Below are positions 26,696 to 40,859 of a DNA stretch of 64,000 nucleotides, in pieces. This DNA is from Vicugna vicugna. Its lineage: Eukaryota. Where the stretch lies: the NCBI GenBank assembly GCA_013265495.1, contig MU057711.1:248001-312000 (forward strand), in the 5' to 3' direction. The notes under the pieces are model-generated. The model had not been told where the DNA came from, did not search any database, and worked only from the letters and a program-made list of their open reading frames with translations. Made by a program: the position numbers and the translations under genes. Each line of letters begins with the position of its first letter. Position 1 is the stretch's first letter.

Positions 26696-29406
26696 TTCAT
26701 TAGTGGTGAGTTTTTATTCTTATAGCTCAGATACCTTTTTCTATAAAGTCCTCCTCAATTCTCTGAAACTAAATTAAATGCTCTCTCCCTTGCCCTTAAA
26801 GTACCCGTTAGGGGCATTGTATTTATAGCCCCCCAAACTCCATGTATAGTTTGTCTTCTCTGTTATATAGTGAGTTCCTCAAGAATAGGGATAATGTTTC
26901 ATCTACCTTTCTATTCCGCCTGGTGTCTACCATGATGTCTGGACGAATGAACAGCTGAACAAGCCCTCAAAGGCAGAAGCGTTCCTAGTACACAAATCTG
27001 TTGAATTGTGATCTCATCAGTTTGGAAGACATTTAGGTTTTTTCTACTAAAAGCGACAGTCGCCTGTCTCCTCTGAATTCAGGTCCTCAGTGAGAATACA
27101 CGCTAGGAACAATTTGGCCTCAACCAGGGAAGTTGGCTCTACATAGTTAAACACTCATTTGAGCCTGGAGCTTGCTGGGTTCCTCTGTAACTGTCTGGTC
27201 TCTAACGCAGCGGCTGTAGATCTTGCCACAGGTTCTCCCTTGTACTGTCTAATTAGCCCAGTCTTTTTATACTTGGGAAGAGCCTTTAGTGCTGAAAGAG
27301 AAAGTGGCACAGGCTTTTGTCCTTTAACCCCTGCGAAACCGCTCTTCTTAGGTGGCGTTCACATTGTGGCAACTGCACGTGTCCTGTCCACTCATTTGCA
27401 CTAATCATTGGAGCCATGCACTTGGCAGTTCTCTAGGGCACTGAAAAGTTTACTGTACAGCTGGTAAGATGAAGCAGTCTGACGTAGCAGAGTGAACTCT
27501 AGACCAAATTAGTCCAGAGACCTGGACTCAATTTCTGGGTCTGCCACTAACTTGCTACAGGACCTGGACCATTTCCCCTATCTGGACCTCAGACTTCTCA
27601 TCCTTCAGGTGGGTTACTGATTTTTATCAGGGAAACCCATTTTTCAGACAAAGTCTTAGGCAGAATTTCAGCATAAAAACTAGTTCAAACTTGTGCCACC
27701 CTGACTAAACTGGAATCCTGCCACCAAGTCTTTCTTGTGGACTCTTCACACCAGATGATTAAAATGGCCCCTGCCACCTCTGACATTTCAACCCAGACAC
27801 CAGAGAACTGATGTAGTCAGTACAAGCATCCAAAGAGAAAAACCAAAAATAAGTTGGCTTGCTGTAACTTGCTTCCATTTCTCCCATGATTCTCAACAGC
27901 TGGTTTCTGCTTGTTTCCCACTGGAGGCCTTTCACGGGTGGCATCCCAACACCTGGGGTCCTCTGAAATGACACAGAAGCCCTAGAGGGAAACGACTAGA
28001 CTTGTCGAACCTGTGCTCTACCTGCTGCCTCTGCCTTCCCGTCTCACCCTCATTTTACCAGTCTTTCCCAGTGTTTGATCATTCCTGTTGTGTTTCTGGA
28101 AATTTCTCATCATTTGTTCTTCCCGATGGCTGTGACTAAAGCTGAGTGAGCACCATGAGTCAGGGTTTCTCCTGGTGCTCACATAGTCGTTTTAGCATTG
28201 TTTCCAGGAAATAGACAAGACCTTTAGCACAGTCACCTCTTTAAGATAAAAATATAGAAACATCCAGTTACAGCAAGTGCTTAAAAAGGAGTAAAAACAG
28301 TGTTACAAGTCAATTTATTGTGCCAAAGTGCTGATCAGTATCCTTTTCCAAGATAATTGTAGTCATTGAAAGGATTGCTTTCAAAAATACATTACCTGAT
28401 GTATGTGTTCGGGCATTTGAAACTGTGTGTCTGAGGTCTGGGAATATTTTTCAAAAATTCATCTGTTTTCCTCTTAAATAGAAAGCTTATGTAGTCACTA
28501 ATGCAGCGTATAAATGCAGGGACCCTAAAGGGCCAATTTCTCCCGGGCCACCTCTACTCCTCAGCTGCGTTTTGTGTTTTAACCGTACTTCTTGTTGTTA
28601 TTCCTCAGATATTTCTACTTACCTTTCCTCTGCTTCTGTATTAATTTTCTCCACGGTGCTGCTTTGGCTTGGTTGGAAATGTCAGAACGAGATGCCAGTG
28701 TGTTCCAGTCAGGATGTGCCTGTGTTCAAACTGCCGTAGCCTGTTACTTGGGTCTAGCAGGAAAAATACTCTGGGTATGGTGTCTCCAGTTGGAATTGAG
28801 ATATATAAAGCATCTGCCTGGTTTCTTCAGCTAATGAGGTTTCGCTGAAAAATGAGTGTAATGAAAAAATGCTGGATGTTGGCAAGAGCTACTGATGAAG
28901 GCTAATGAGCATAAATGAGTTTCTGTAAGGCCCTAGGAGCAGAGGCAAAGAATGTTTCAAATGCACTGCCCTTGAGGCAGGCCAAGCTTTGGGTGGGGTG
29001 TGACCTGTTTATTTGTTGGCTTCTTTCTTCTTTCCTTCTCTCGCTCCTCCTTTGCCTTTTCTTCGGTAAAAGACCTATTCAAGATAGCCACCATAGATTA
29101 TTCCGTGCAGCGTAGGGCATAGTAAAAATGAAGCTGCTTAAACCAGGGCTTAATACAATATTGCAAAAATAAGAATTAGGAGTTTTGCATACTGTATACA
29201 TTATTTAATAGAAGAGGTAATTTTTAAATTCAATTGCCAAGAACTTAAGAACTATATTCTGTCAAAAAGCAGATAAGAAAATGAGTGTTTCGTAGACAAC
29301 ACATGGAGTTCAGTTTTCTGCAAACCTGATGTCAGGGGGACGGAGTGTAGACTACGGGGAGGACACAAAGGCTGTACTCCCCGTGATGGTAACACACTCC
29401 TACAAC

Positions 29407-29813
29407 TGTGTGTTCGTTAATTTTGTGTCCACCCAACTGGAACACAGAGTACCCAAATATTTCACTCTGGATGAGGGTGAAGATGTTTTTGGATGAGATT
29501 AACCTAGCAGGTCAGATTGCCCTCCCTGACGTGGGAGGACCTCATCTGTGAAGGCCTGAATAGAACAAAAGGGCTGGCCCTCTGCCAAGTAAGAGAGGAT
29601 TCTCCCTGCCTAACGGCCTTCAAACTGGGATATTTTGCTTTTTCCCTGCCTTTGGACTGGAACTGGGTCTTGAGCCTCCTGGCCTTTGAATTGGAACTAG
29701 ACCACCAGCTCTCCCGAGTCTCCACCTTGCTGACTCACCCTGCAGACTGTGGGACTTGCCAGACTCTGACTGCCTGCGTCAGTTCTTTACAGTAAATCTC
29801 TTTCTACTCTGTA

Positions 29814-29852
<39 letters not shown>

Positions 29853-29938
29853 TCTCTCTCACACACTCACACACTCACACTCACATTCACATGCCTACCC
29901 TGCTGGTTCTGTTTCTCTGGAGGACCCTGACGGATACA
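29407..29938. mobile_element. MLT2-type LTR (ERVL) with internal (CA)n microsatellite (~29819-29890)
   Basis: TG...CA termini, with TTTTTGGATGAGATTAAC, GAAGGCCTGAATAGAACAAAA and the end GGTTCTGTTTCTCTGGAGGACCCTGAC..ATACA typical of MLT2. Confidence 0.85.
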
Positions 29939-31767
29939 AACCACAGCAGCAAGCCGCACATAATCTGTGAACTACATACAGCACGGTATGTGCACCATAG
30001 GACTTTAGACTTAGACATCTGCAGTCAGGTTGAAGCTCTGCCACTGACTTCCTGTATGCCCTCTGACAAATTATTTCACCTTTCTTCACCTCACTTTCCT
30101 GACCTTTAAAACTGGAAGTTTTGTGACAGTATGTAACATAGTGCTTAAAGAACACATGGCACATGGCAGGCTCTCCAGAGAGAACGATTCTTTGACATTC
30201 TAAACTGGACTACAAAGCAAATGTAATCAATAAAATAATATATAAGTCTTATTAATAAGCTGTCGTGTTATTTCCATGAATAAGTTGTAAATGGACATCT
30301 GTACATCTTTCTGTGCCATTCTCCTCGAAAAGATTCACACTCTTCCCACCGCCTCATCCCCAAATCCAGTCCTACTGACCTTCTCTAATAACAGTCTTCT
30401 AGTGACCACATAATCCAGCAGCAGTTATGCCTCTGAATGACTTAGCTTGAGTGCTTGTTTTACTCTTATAAGCAAACTAAAAACCTGATATTTAATGTTT
30501 CCACTATTTAACTAACCACGTCCAGAGATTTCAGTGCAAAAAGTTGACTAACCTTAAATGATAAAAGAGATGATGTTAATAAGTATGGTGCATATACAAA
30601 ATAGAGTATACTAAGCGGTTATAATAAAAAGGAGGGCATGTTCTGTGTACCAATATAGGAAAACACCATTCTATATAAGTAAGTGGAGGAAAGTACTGAC
30701 AATATGTTACCTTTTGTCCGAAATGTGAGAAAATAAGAGTATAGATTCTTGTTTGCTTTTATACACAAGAGGAGGCTCTGGAAAGAGCTAATCCCAGCAG
30801 CCACCTGGTCGGTGGACGGTGCATGGGCCACAAATGGGCGGAGACACTTCACTGAAAACTTTTTCATAATTAAAAAATTTTTGAACCATATGAATTAATT
30901 ATCTGTTAAAATTTAAATAAAAAAAGACCAAGAGGAAGGAAAACCATTAGGATGCATTCACATTTAAGTTTCTCTATATACTCTTTGAAATTATTTATAA
31001 CTCCCAGCTGCAAATCTCCTCGCCTCGCTACTTTGACCTGATTTGGGTAATTTGAAAACTAAGATCTAGACAGATGTACATGCAGTGTTTTAATTACCAT
31101 AATTTTAAATTTTGAGCGAGATGGTTTAGAATATTAATACAAGTAGTGCCCAGCTAGCTCGTGGGCAAGTTATGCTATCAAGTTCCTCTTCTGGTGTATA
31201 CTTAAAAATGATTAAAATGGTAAGTTTTATGTTGTGTGGTTTTTCTTTTTTATCTCAATAAAAAATGTTTTTAAAAACCTGACTTTATTCATTTATAGAA
31301 ATGAAAGTTTTAAATCAGAATATTTTCAACTACAGTTTGTTGGTCTTCAAACATGTGATTAAAGTGACTTGCACATCCCTTGATAGCATATAAAAATGTG
31401 TCCTTTTAGTTATGATTCTTCTTGTTCGTTAAAAATATCCTGTTTATGTTTGCAAATATTTGACCTTTATGCTCGAGGGAAGATGTGTGTATTGCTAATA
31501 AAAATGTAACAATACTTAAAAAAAAATATTCTTCCAGACCTTTAAGCGAGGTGCTGTGTATATGCTGAGAAAAGAGCATGAGGGGCTCTGCAGGGAGGGG
31601 GTGCACACTGTATTATACAGACCACTCATGAGCATGCAAAAAGGCCTTTCAGAGAAATGGCAGGTGACATACAGACAGCAGTTTGCTGATGGAGACAGAA
31701 GACTTCTGGACAGCCTGATCTTTGCACAACTTCATAGAGGAGATTAGGTTGAAAGAGCAAGTCAGGC

Positions 31768-32354
31768 CTGCACCCCAGTGTTCACAGCAGCACTATTTAC
31801 AACAGCCAAGACATGGAAACAGCCTTAACGTCCATCCACAGATGACTGGATAAAGAAGATGTGGTATATTTATACATGGAATACTATTCAGCCATAAAAA
31901 AGACAATGTAACACCATTTGCAGCAACATGGATGTCCCTGGAGAATGTCATTCTAAGTGAAGTAGGCCAGAAAGAGAAAGAAAAATACCATATGAGATCG
32001 CTCATATGTGGAATTTTTGAAAAGAAAAGAAAAAGACAAATGAACATAAATACAAAACAGAAACCGACTCATAGACTTAGAATACAAACTTGTGGTTGCC
32101 AGGGGGGAAGGGGGTAGGAAGGGATAGACTGGGAGTTCAAAATTTGTAGATACTGACAGGCATATATAGAATAGATAAACAAGATTATACTGTATAACAC
32201 AGGGAAGTATATACAAGATCTTGTAGCTCATGGTGAAAAGGAATGTGACAATGAATATATGTATGTTCATGTATAGCTGAAAAATTGTGCTCTACACTGG
32301 AAATTGACATAACATTGCAAACTGACTGTAACTCAATAAAATAAAATTTAAAAA
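31768..32354 (+). mobile_element. Young lineage-specific 5'-truncated L1 (same family as 9960-10833)
   Basis: ORF2 end ([25 protein letters not shown]), 3'UTR, AATAAA and A tail. 16-bp TSD AAAGAG(CA/TG)AGTCAGGC at 31752-31767 and 32355-32370. Confidence 0.92.
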
Positions 32355-33139
32355 AAAGAGTGAGTCAGGCATGGGACAGACAGAAAGGAACAGAAGGAGT
32401 GGTCCAAATGTAGGACAGCAGACAGACACTTGAGATGGACGTGAGTGAACTGGTACTTTCAGTGGAGTGTTCTAAGGAAACAGGGGGACCAACTAGGAAC
32501 CACAGATGACAGTGAAGTTATAAAGGCCCTTGGAAGCTGGGGCTTTATTTGGGAAGCACTGGTTTTGGAGTATTAAAGTGATGTCCTGAATATGACATAC
32601 ATATGTCTGTTTACTCACTGACCCTACCTCCCTTCTTCATTCATTCAACAAATATTTTTTGAGCCTCTCCTTTGTAAAAATCACTCGCACAGGAAAAGTA
32701 GCCCAACTGTAAAGAATGTGAGATGAGCAGAGGCAAGTCTGAACCAGAAAGCCCAGGAAGCCTGTAACAGTGATCCAGGATTGTGGTTGTGTTACTGGAT
32801 TGATAAAAAGGCTGTTTTTTTAAAAAAAAAACACTTAGGAATATATGCCAGACACTGTGTTAAATGCTTATATATGTTACGTATTATCCTCATAACCCTA
32901 TGAAATAGATACTTTTATTATTCCAGTTTACCAGTGAAGAAACTGAGGCTCAGCGAGGTTCATTGCTATAATCACACAACAAACAATAGTGTAACTATCA
33001 CTTGTTTAGCAGCTCAAAGCTTGTAAATATTTTTATAGGCCCTCTTTTGTTTGCTCCTCCCCCTATGTGGTAGGCATCTCAGATATCATTATTCCTATTT
33101 TATAGGTAAGCCCAGAAGAACATAGAGAAACTTGCCTGG

Positions 33140-33960
33140 GCGGTCATTCATCAATAGTAAGCACCTACTGTGTGCCAGGCATTCTTCTAGGCAATGGGGA
33201 CATAGCAGTGGACAAGGTAGATCAGAGTCCCGGTCCTCAGGGAGTTACTTTCTGGTGGGAATGAATAACAATGGACATAAAAGTAAATAATGTCAAATAA
33301 TCTGGAGCTGACAGGTACTATGATGTAGGCAAAATAAAGTAAGAGAGAGAGGCTGGCCATGGTAGGGAGGGAAGGCCTTTTTGAGAAAGGGATGGTGGTT
33401 GAAACCTGCATAACAAGAGGGCCTCGTGCAACAATCTGAATGAGAAACATTCCAAACAGAAATGTGCCAAGTACAAAGGCCCTGGGATAGGAACACAGTT
33501 GACATGTTCAAGGGACAGAGGGAACCCAGTGTGACTGAAACATGGTGAAGAAGAGGAGGGAGAATGAGAAAGAAGAGGCAGGCTGGAGCTAGATCGTGTA
33601 GGGCCTTGGAGGCCATGGCGAGCAGTTTGGTTCCTATTCTCCGGGTGATGGGAAGACACTGGAGACTTTTAAGCAGGGTGTCTATGTGTGCGTGCAGGTG
33701 GGGGTGGGGTGGTGAGGTGGTCTGATGTATACTTTTTGAAAAAACCATCCTCATTACTATCTGGAGGATGGACTGTTGGGAGCGGTGGGATAAGACTGAG
33801 GCAGGTAGGACAGATAGTTGACTGAGTGAAAGAGGATGGTGACTTTGAGCAGGGTGATAGTAGCAGTAGAGGTGGAGAGAAGTGGCATGTTTGATTCATG
33901 CCAAAGCTCGGAGAGGTAGAGCCAGTGGGACTCACTGGTGAGTTAGCAGCACGCTAGAGA
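33140..33960 (-). mobile_element. L2 LINE 3' region
   Basis: TCATTCATCAATAGTAAGCACCTACTGTGTGCCAGGCATT is the antisense L2 3' end, followed by a purine-rich L2 body. Confidence 0.8.
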
Positions 33961-33964
33961 GGCA

Positions 33965-34560
33965 CACAGGATGCTATAATGTTTAAGAGATAGATGAGGT
34001 TGGCCATATTTGGATCCCCACTTTGCCACGTATTAGCTATAAGATGTTTAAGTAAGTTTTTTAATCACTGTGTGCCTCTGTTTTCTCATCAGTAAATGAA
34101 AATAATTATAGTAGCCTACCTGAGAGGGGTGTGTTAATGAGTAAGTAGTATCAGTGGTGCTTAGTACGTGCTGTCTTTTTTTTTTTAAGCTGTTACTTGT
34201 TATAAGAAATATTTTAAGGGTGAGTGAATTTGAGGAAGTCAGTAGTTCAGTTTTGTCCATGTTAAGTTGAAGGCACCTATTAGATGACCAGGATCATGAG
34301 ACAGAGTGACAAGATGGAACTTGTATGTGGGTCCTTCGCTTCTAAAACTTGCCCTCTTTCCACTCTTTGAGAGGCAAAATAACTGAGTGATTATGAGCAC
34401 AGACTGCTTGGATGTGAATTCCAGCTCTGCTATTTACTAGCTCTGTGACCTTGGATAAATTACTTAAGCTTTCTGTGCCTCATTTTTGTTACCTGTAAAA
34501 TGAAATAATTGTTTGTTAAAGCACTTGGAACAGTGCCTCCTCGCATATGGAATGTAGAAA
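33965..34560 (+). mobile_element. Two MIR SINEs (~33965-34175 and ~34375-34560)
   Basis: MIR cores CTGTGTGCCTCTGTTTTCTCATCAGTAAATG and CTGTGACCTTGGATAAATTACTTAAGCTTTCTGTGCCTCATTTT. Confidence 0.75.
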
Positions 34561-37411
34561 GTTATGTAAAGTGTTTATTGTTGTTGTTGCTTTTCAATCC
34601 TGAATGTTACTATACAAATGAAAAGAGAACATGTTTCAAGATACTTTATGAAAAAGGGATTAACAGAATTTCAGTGACAAATTGAATATGGAGGGTGAAA
34701 GGGAGGCATCCAAGATGGTTCTGAGGTTCTCAGCTGGAGTGAGCCTGTTTGGTGTGGAGGTAGGGTTGATAAGGAGTTGAGTGTCCTTGAAGTGTGAAGA
34801 CTTCATCTCAAAGGCAAAGCAGATTAGATGGCAGAGCACAGAGTTAACTGAGGCAAGGAAGGAAAGGAAATAGTGATGCTCTATGTTTGAGGAAGTGAGA
34901 GAAAACTAGGAAGGTGGTAAGTCACTTGCGGATTTCTTTTAAAAGATGTTTGGAATTCTTTGGAGGAAGAACTAGTCATGAAAGGGGGGTTGTGGATGGT
35001 TCTAATGTCTTAGAATGGTGGAAGCCAATGGGACCAAGGGCCACATAGATATTACAGCAAATCTCAGCAAGGAAGAGAGGAACAACTCTGCTAGGATAGG
35101 TGTGAAAACTCTAAGTACAACTGCCGGAAGTATGAGTGTCCTTTATGGCTGCTGTGTTTCCAGTACCGTGCTTAAGCACTCTGTGCTCTCCCTAAATCCT
35201 CAGGATTCTCGGAAATTTTGGAAACCACCTAAGTGTTATCACAAGAAACATTCCTCGAACAAATTATGATACATCCATAAAATGTAATGCCTTGCAGCCG
35301 TTGTTGTTTTTTTTTTTAATAGGGTAGATCTATACTGCCCAAAGAGAGATATCAGTGGAATACTTTCCCATTATAATAAACACATTTGAAAACATTGCTT
35401 GTACATCTGTCCCAGTAGACTCTGAACTCGAGGGACACTGGGTTGTATTCATCTTGTAACACTGGGGTGTAGTATGGAGCCTTGTGTGTGAGTGTGCCTT
35501 AAATATTGGTCAAATGAATGAGTACATAAATGCGCCTAAAATGCAGAGCTCCAGCACCACACTGGGCTTGGTATGTGTATGTACGTGTGTGTGCGTGTGT
35601 GCTTTGTGAACCTTGAAGCAGAAAATACTACAGTGTTATTAAGGAAAGCACCACTCAGAAATAGACGATATTAATTACTATCAGGAAGTTTTCAGAGAGA
35701 CTTCGCTGATTCAGACAGCAGTTTGGGTGCTTTGGAGAAAATGGTGAAAATAGAGAAAAGATAATTCCAATGTTGCCAGTGAAAGAGGATTGTTGGGGGA
35801 GGGACTGACCGTGGTGAAGTCCTTCTGTGGGTGGAAATGGAGGGAAGGTCTCACTTGGGCTAGGGTTAGAGGCCTCAGCTCATTGTGGTAGATGGCTTGT
35901 GATTTGGAACTTTATGAAATGCCGAGTTTTCACAATGAAAGAATTCTTCAGCCATCTGGTCATCCCCTAACCGCATGCCGTTGTGATTCAACATGTGTAG
36001 TGGGCATTTTAGATTTAGAATACTCTATCATACAAATGCAAACAGCATTGTTCTAAACAGACCTGTGATTATACCAATTTGCCAACTAGGATCTGTCAGC
36101 TGCCTTATTTGTTGTCACTGAAATATCATCTGTATTCTAATATATGTATTCATTTTTTTTTAATTTAAGAGCACTAATTGTCCTGAAGAGTGTAGATAAG
36201 GGCCCACTCTCAAGTCACCCCTCCTCTTGATGAATAGGAGATTTCATCCAAGAAAAATCAAGGCTAACACTTTCATTTGTTAGAACTCTTGGTGAGACTC
36301 TGAATAATGACTTTTTCTCATCCTTTTGAGTAACATCAACTGTAAAGTCTTTATCAACTAAAGATAAAATTTATAGTATTTTTAATGTGTATTTACTTTT
36401 AGTGGGGTTGTTACATCGTATTTTATGTATTCATTTAAATCACACGGAAGACGGCCTGAAATGGCATTTTCACGATGATTCTGGGAACCATCCTTTGACT
36501 GTAAGTTATTTACTGCTGGTATATGTATTCTGGTGTTTCTTGCCTTCCATCATACATAAATTCTAGTGGCATATTGAATACCATATCAAGGAGCTGACTG
36601 ATTGTAAATCAAACGTTTTAGAGCATACTATTGGGAATGTTGGATTCATTACTATAAAGAAATTATATTTAATCAGTATTTTCACAGCCTCCTAATAGTG
36701 TAATTTATTGGTGCTTCTTAATGTTCTGTGTTAATTATAAACAGGGTCAAAATTGGGTTTACTCTAACAATGCATAATATGTTATAGTGAATGTTTTCCA
36801 CCCAGAAAAAGAGTAGCAGATATCCAGCACTATCTTGTTTAGAACTGTTAAGCCCAACAGCTTGTATTTAATGAACACAGTGCTAATTATATAGTCAACT
36901 GGGTGGTTCATTCTCTACCATAGATGCTATATATTAGAATAAAGCTACTTTGATGTGTAAGGTGCGGAAGGAAAGTTGGCTAACAGGAAGGGGAATAGCT
37001 TCATGTAGTGAAGATGTCAGATGAACAATTTTAACTCACAATCATTTTTTTTTTTTAGAGAATACATAAATTGGGCCTTTATTTTTAGTTCCTACTCTTC
37101 CCTTCATAGTTAAATGATGGAAAATGACTCTTGGTCCCCAAACTACTCTTTTGCATCATTCAAAGCAGCCTGACAGGCCAGCCCCTCTGGTAGTGGTGAG
37201 ATTTATGTCTTTCCATTCCTTGGTGTTCCATTACTCTGTCTGCACCATCAGATTGATTGGTCGGCAGTGGAGAGCAAGGAAAGAGAGGCGACTGCTTAGA
37301 GTCGGCTGGTGTCCATCATTTTAATGAACTGCTTAGAGATGGTTCTCATTGTAGCTGATGATGACCAGATCTTTTCAAATGTTTTCCCCCATCCCTTATT
37401 CTGTATTGCAG

Positions 37412-37467
37412 GGCCCACTGGAAAATGATTTGGTCGTTTACGTAGCGCTAATAGCAGAAAGTCAACG
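37412..37467 (+). CDS. PHKB: PHKB exon, 56 nt: GPLENDLVVYVALIAESQ(R)
   Basis: TTGCAG acceptor, CG|GTATGA donor, phase 0 to 2. Follows a ~25.1-kb intron. Confidence 0.96.
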
Positions 37468-37978
37468 GTATGAAATCCAGATGGGTGGTATGTTCTTCTG
37501 GGGGCTGAGGGAGGGAGGCTGATTGCATTATGCTTACAATATTGAACGTGGTGGTAGAAATTAACTCATAGACTCATTGACAGGGTTTCAAGGATGTCAC
37601 TAATGTCACTTTAAGTGCCAGGACAACATTCTTTTCATGTTTAAAAATAATTTTGTTTTAGTTGGTGTGAATATTAAAGACCATGACCAGTGCCAGTGTT
37701 GCCTGGTGTGTAGTTTTGAGAAATTAATGCAGACAGATTATGGGGATTCCCAGAGTCGGTACTTAACCTCTGCCAGCTCCCAAAGCTCCCATCTGATGCT
37801 TTATGAAGAGCCCAACAGGGCCTCTGGATTCCAGTGCAGATGACATACTGCTGACATTATAAAAATTACTAACTCCAAGTTAGCGTGGTCTTTTCCCTTT
37901 TCTCATCCTCATTCACCATTGCCCAAACTATAAATGGATTATCTTAAAATGTCTCTGTTTTTTCCCTGTGTTCTTCAG

Positions 37979-38072
37979 CCTTCAAGTTTTTCTCAACACA
38001 TACGGTATTCAGACTCAAACTCCTCAACAGGTAGAACCCATTCAGATATGGGCCCAGCAGGAGCTTGTGAAA
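37979..38072 (+). CDS. PHKB: PHKB exon, 94 nt: [31 protein letters not shown]
   Basis: TTCTTCAG acceptor, AAA|GTAAGT donor, phase 2 to 0. Confidence 0.97.
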
Positions 38073-40859
38073 GTAAGTGTGATTCTGTTTCTTTCCTGTC
38101 TGCTTTATGGAGGTACTAGAGCGTGAAGATTAAACTTAGTTTACAGTCAAGAAGCATATTTAAAATCCAGTTCTGAGATAGAGTCATTAATCCAAAAGCC
38201 TTTCTAATTAAGTTGAGAGACCCACTCTATCAGACTTTGTTACTAAAACACAACTGCAATGTGTGTGTACATCATAGTCATAGGTCTTGTTGATTTCTAC
38301 TCCTTGCTAAAGTCTATTACTAACCTGGACTGATCACTTAAATAACAAATTGGCTTTAATTTTAGTAGTTGTTTAAAAAATTAACCTTTACATTTGATTT
38401 GATTGTTTTTCCCTTTTATTAACTATTAAAGAAACTCTCTCATCTAAATATCATTGGTAATAACTACTTCTCTTTTTCTCTTGACTTAACTGTTTGGCAT
38501 CTGACATAGTTTCTACCCCTTTTGTTTGCTGGGTCTCAAAATAATTACAAAGTGACATCCAAATTTATCTTTGGTACAGTTACATACCTATGAGGTTGAA
38601 TTAAAAGGTAACTTTTGAGGTCTTTTGCATGCACTCGTCTACAGATGAATCCGGCAGTGTCTGAGCTTAGGCATATTCTTGCTCATTAGGGACGGGAAAT
38701 TGTTGATTTTCACTAATTATTTATAAACCACTGGTTTTATTTGGTAATTGTTAAAAAACAGTACAGGAACAAACTCTGCAGTATTTGGTGGAAGTGTTTA
38801 GAGTAGTCTCTCTCAAGTGATCAAGATTAAGTCATTAAGTTGATACAAATGTTTTTGATCAAAGCCTTGATGCTACATGAAGAATAACAGCCTAGAGAAG
38901 TGAGATGCACATTGCAGGGAAAGTGCAGGGCCCCAGAGTTACTGCTAATCAGACTGGACCTTAGAACCTGGATGTCAGGTCACACAGACCACCAGCCCTT
39001 CGAAAGTCCGTAAACCTCCCCTAACCGATTTACAGCTCTTCCCCACCCCCACCCTCCAATTAAAGAGACACAGCTGAAAATGCAAGGAACCCTAGAGTGG
39101 GTAAGAGTTTAAAATCACACTAAGAAGCAAATGTTGGAAAATTGGGTTTCATGGTAGAAGAGGTAAAATGAGGCCAGAGGGGAGGTAAGAATTCACAAGG
39201 CAGAAAGAGGGGGCAAAAATCTAAGGTGTAACACTGTGCACTTATCATTCAGGTGAGCTGTGTTTGCTGAGACATTTTTATGGTCTCTCACTGAAAGCTG
39301 CAGGGAATGATAACAAAGGTTATTATTCTTTGATAAACATACTCTCAAAGCAAATTAACCCAAATCTGTTTTTTTTAAGGCCTAATTTATATTAGAATCT
39401 ATATTCTACCAGACAACTCACAGCTAAGGTTTAAAAGACCAACGTGACTCCGGATGACTTAAATGTGGCATTTTATTCATTCATTCATCAGTGAACACCA
39501 TTCTTTGCAGAGCACTGTGTGGGGCACACAGATAAAGTGACTCTATCCCTGTTCTCAGTCAGTGACCTCTGAGTCTGGTGGTGTGGGAGAAAAAACAGTT
39601 GATTACAATCCACTTTGATCAGTCCTATAATAGACATTAGGAGGGGGTGCTAAGGAATCACAGAGGTGGTGGGAAGCATCCTGCCACAGAGTAAAGCGAA
39701 GACTTAACAACAACAGGTTCTGACTTATTTTAAATTTTGTTGTTTTAAAGATGATGTTAACTCATGATTAACAATTTGGGTGTGTGGCATGGCTAAAAAG
39801 ACGGATCTGCGACCAGGAGCCCAGCTTCCCTGGGCACATGTCATACAGAAGATTCTCTGTGACTGTAGCCTCTATGTTCCAGGCCAGCTGCTCTTTGAGA
39901 TTCATCCTTAAGATATACTGCCTAGTACATTGCTTCTTGTAGTCTACCTTCTAAGAGTGAAAGTGTTCCCTTAGTTAATACACATATTCTTATGCCAGTG
40001 GCTGAGCATCCTCTTCTGAGAAGCTGCTCCCTCCTTCGGCCCACTGAGAAGGATGTGAGGGCAGACAGCTGGGGGCAGGGCTTTCCCTGTGCGTAGCTGG
40101 TGTTTCAGGATGTAGTAACTGTGGTGTGATTGGCCTCAGATCTGAATACAGTGCAGATCTAGAATGAAGAACTTCTGTACTTCTGGATGGTTTGGTCACT
40201 ACTGTATATTTCGGAGGATAGAGTGGTGTGAATGTGTACAGAGTGGGGACAGTATCGTCTGCACCCTGGAATGCAGCGAGTATTCTGTGCCTGATTACCT
40301 CATTGTTGTAGACCTGTTCTACCATGAGTCAGAGAGGTAAGGACAGTCCCTTTATTGTCATAGAGTAGTACTTAAAGATTTTCTCTAGATCTCCCTAGAT
40401 CAGTACATTTCAGCTTGTGCATGGTTGATTAATATGATCATTTGTCTAAAAGAAGAAATCTGAAGTATTTTAGTGTATACTTATTTCTGAAAAATTGAAA
40501 ATATTTAAGGGAAGGAGGGGGTCTCCTAAGTGCTGTGCGCTGTAGTTCTGGTGCAGCTATACAACACAATGCTTAGAGTACTTTTTCTGGCCTGTTAACT
40601 TTGTCTAAAAGCACTGCTGTTACAGATTTAATATGCTCAGCACCTGTGGCTCATGAGGTCTTACAGATGCTGCCTCATTCATCCATCAAGCATTTCCTGA
40701 GCACCAGCTTTATGCTAGGCACAGTGCCTACTCAGGGTATGTTCTCTAGGAACACACGATGCAGGAGAAAGAGACACAGGGATAACTCTGACGTAGATGT
40801 GGGCACCATGGCAGAACAAACAAAGAGCTCTGGTGATGACATTAATTTTGTATACGATG

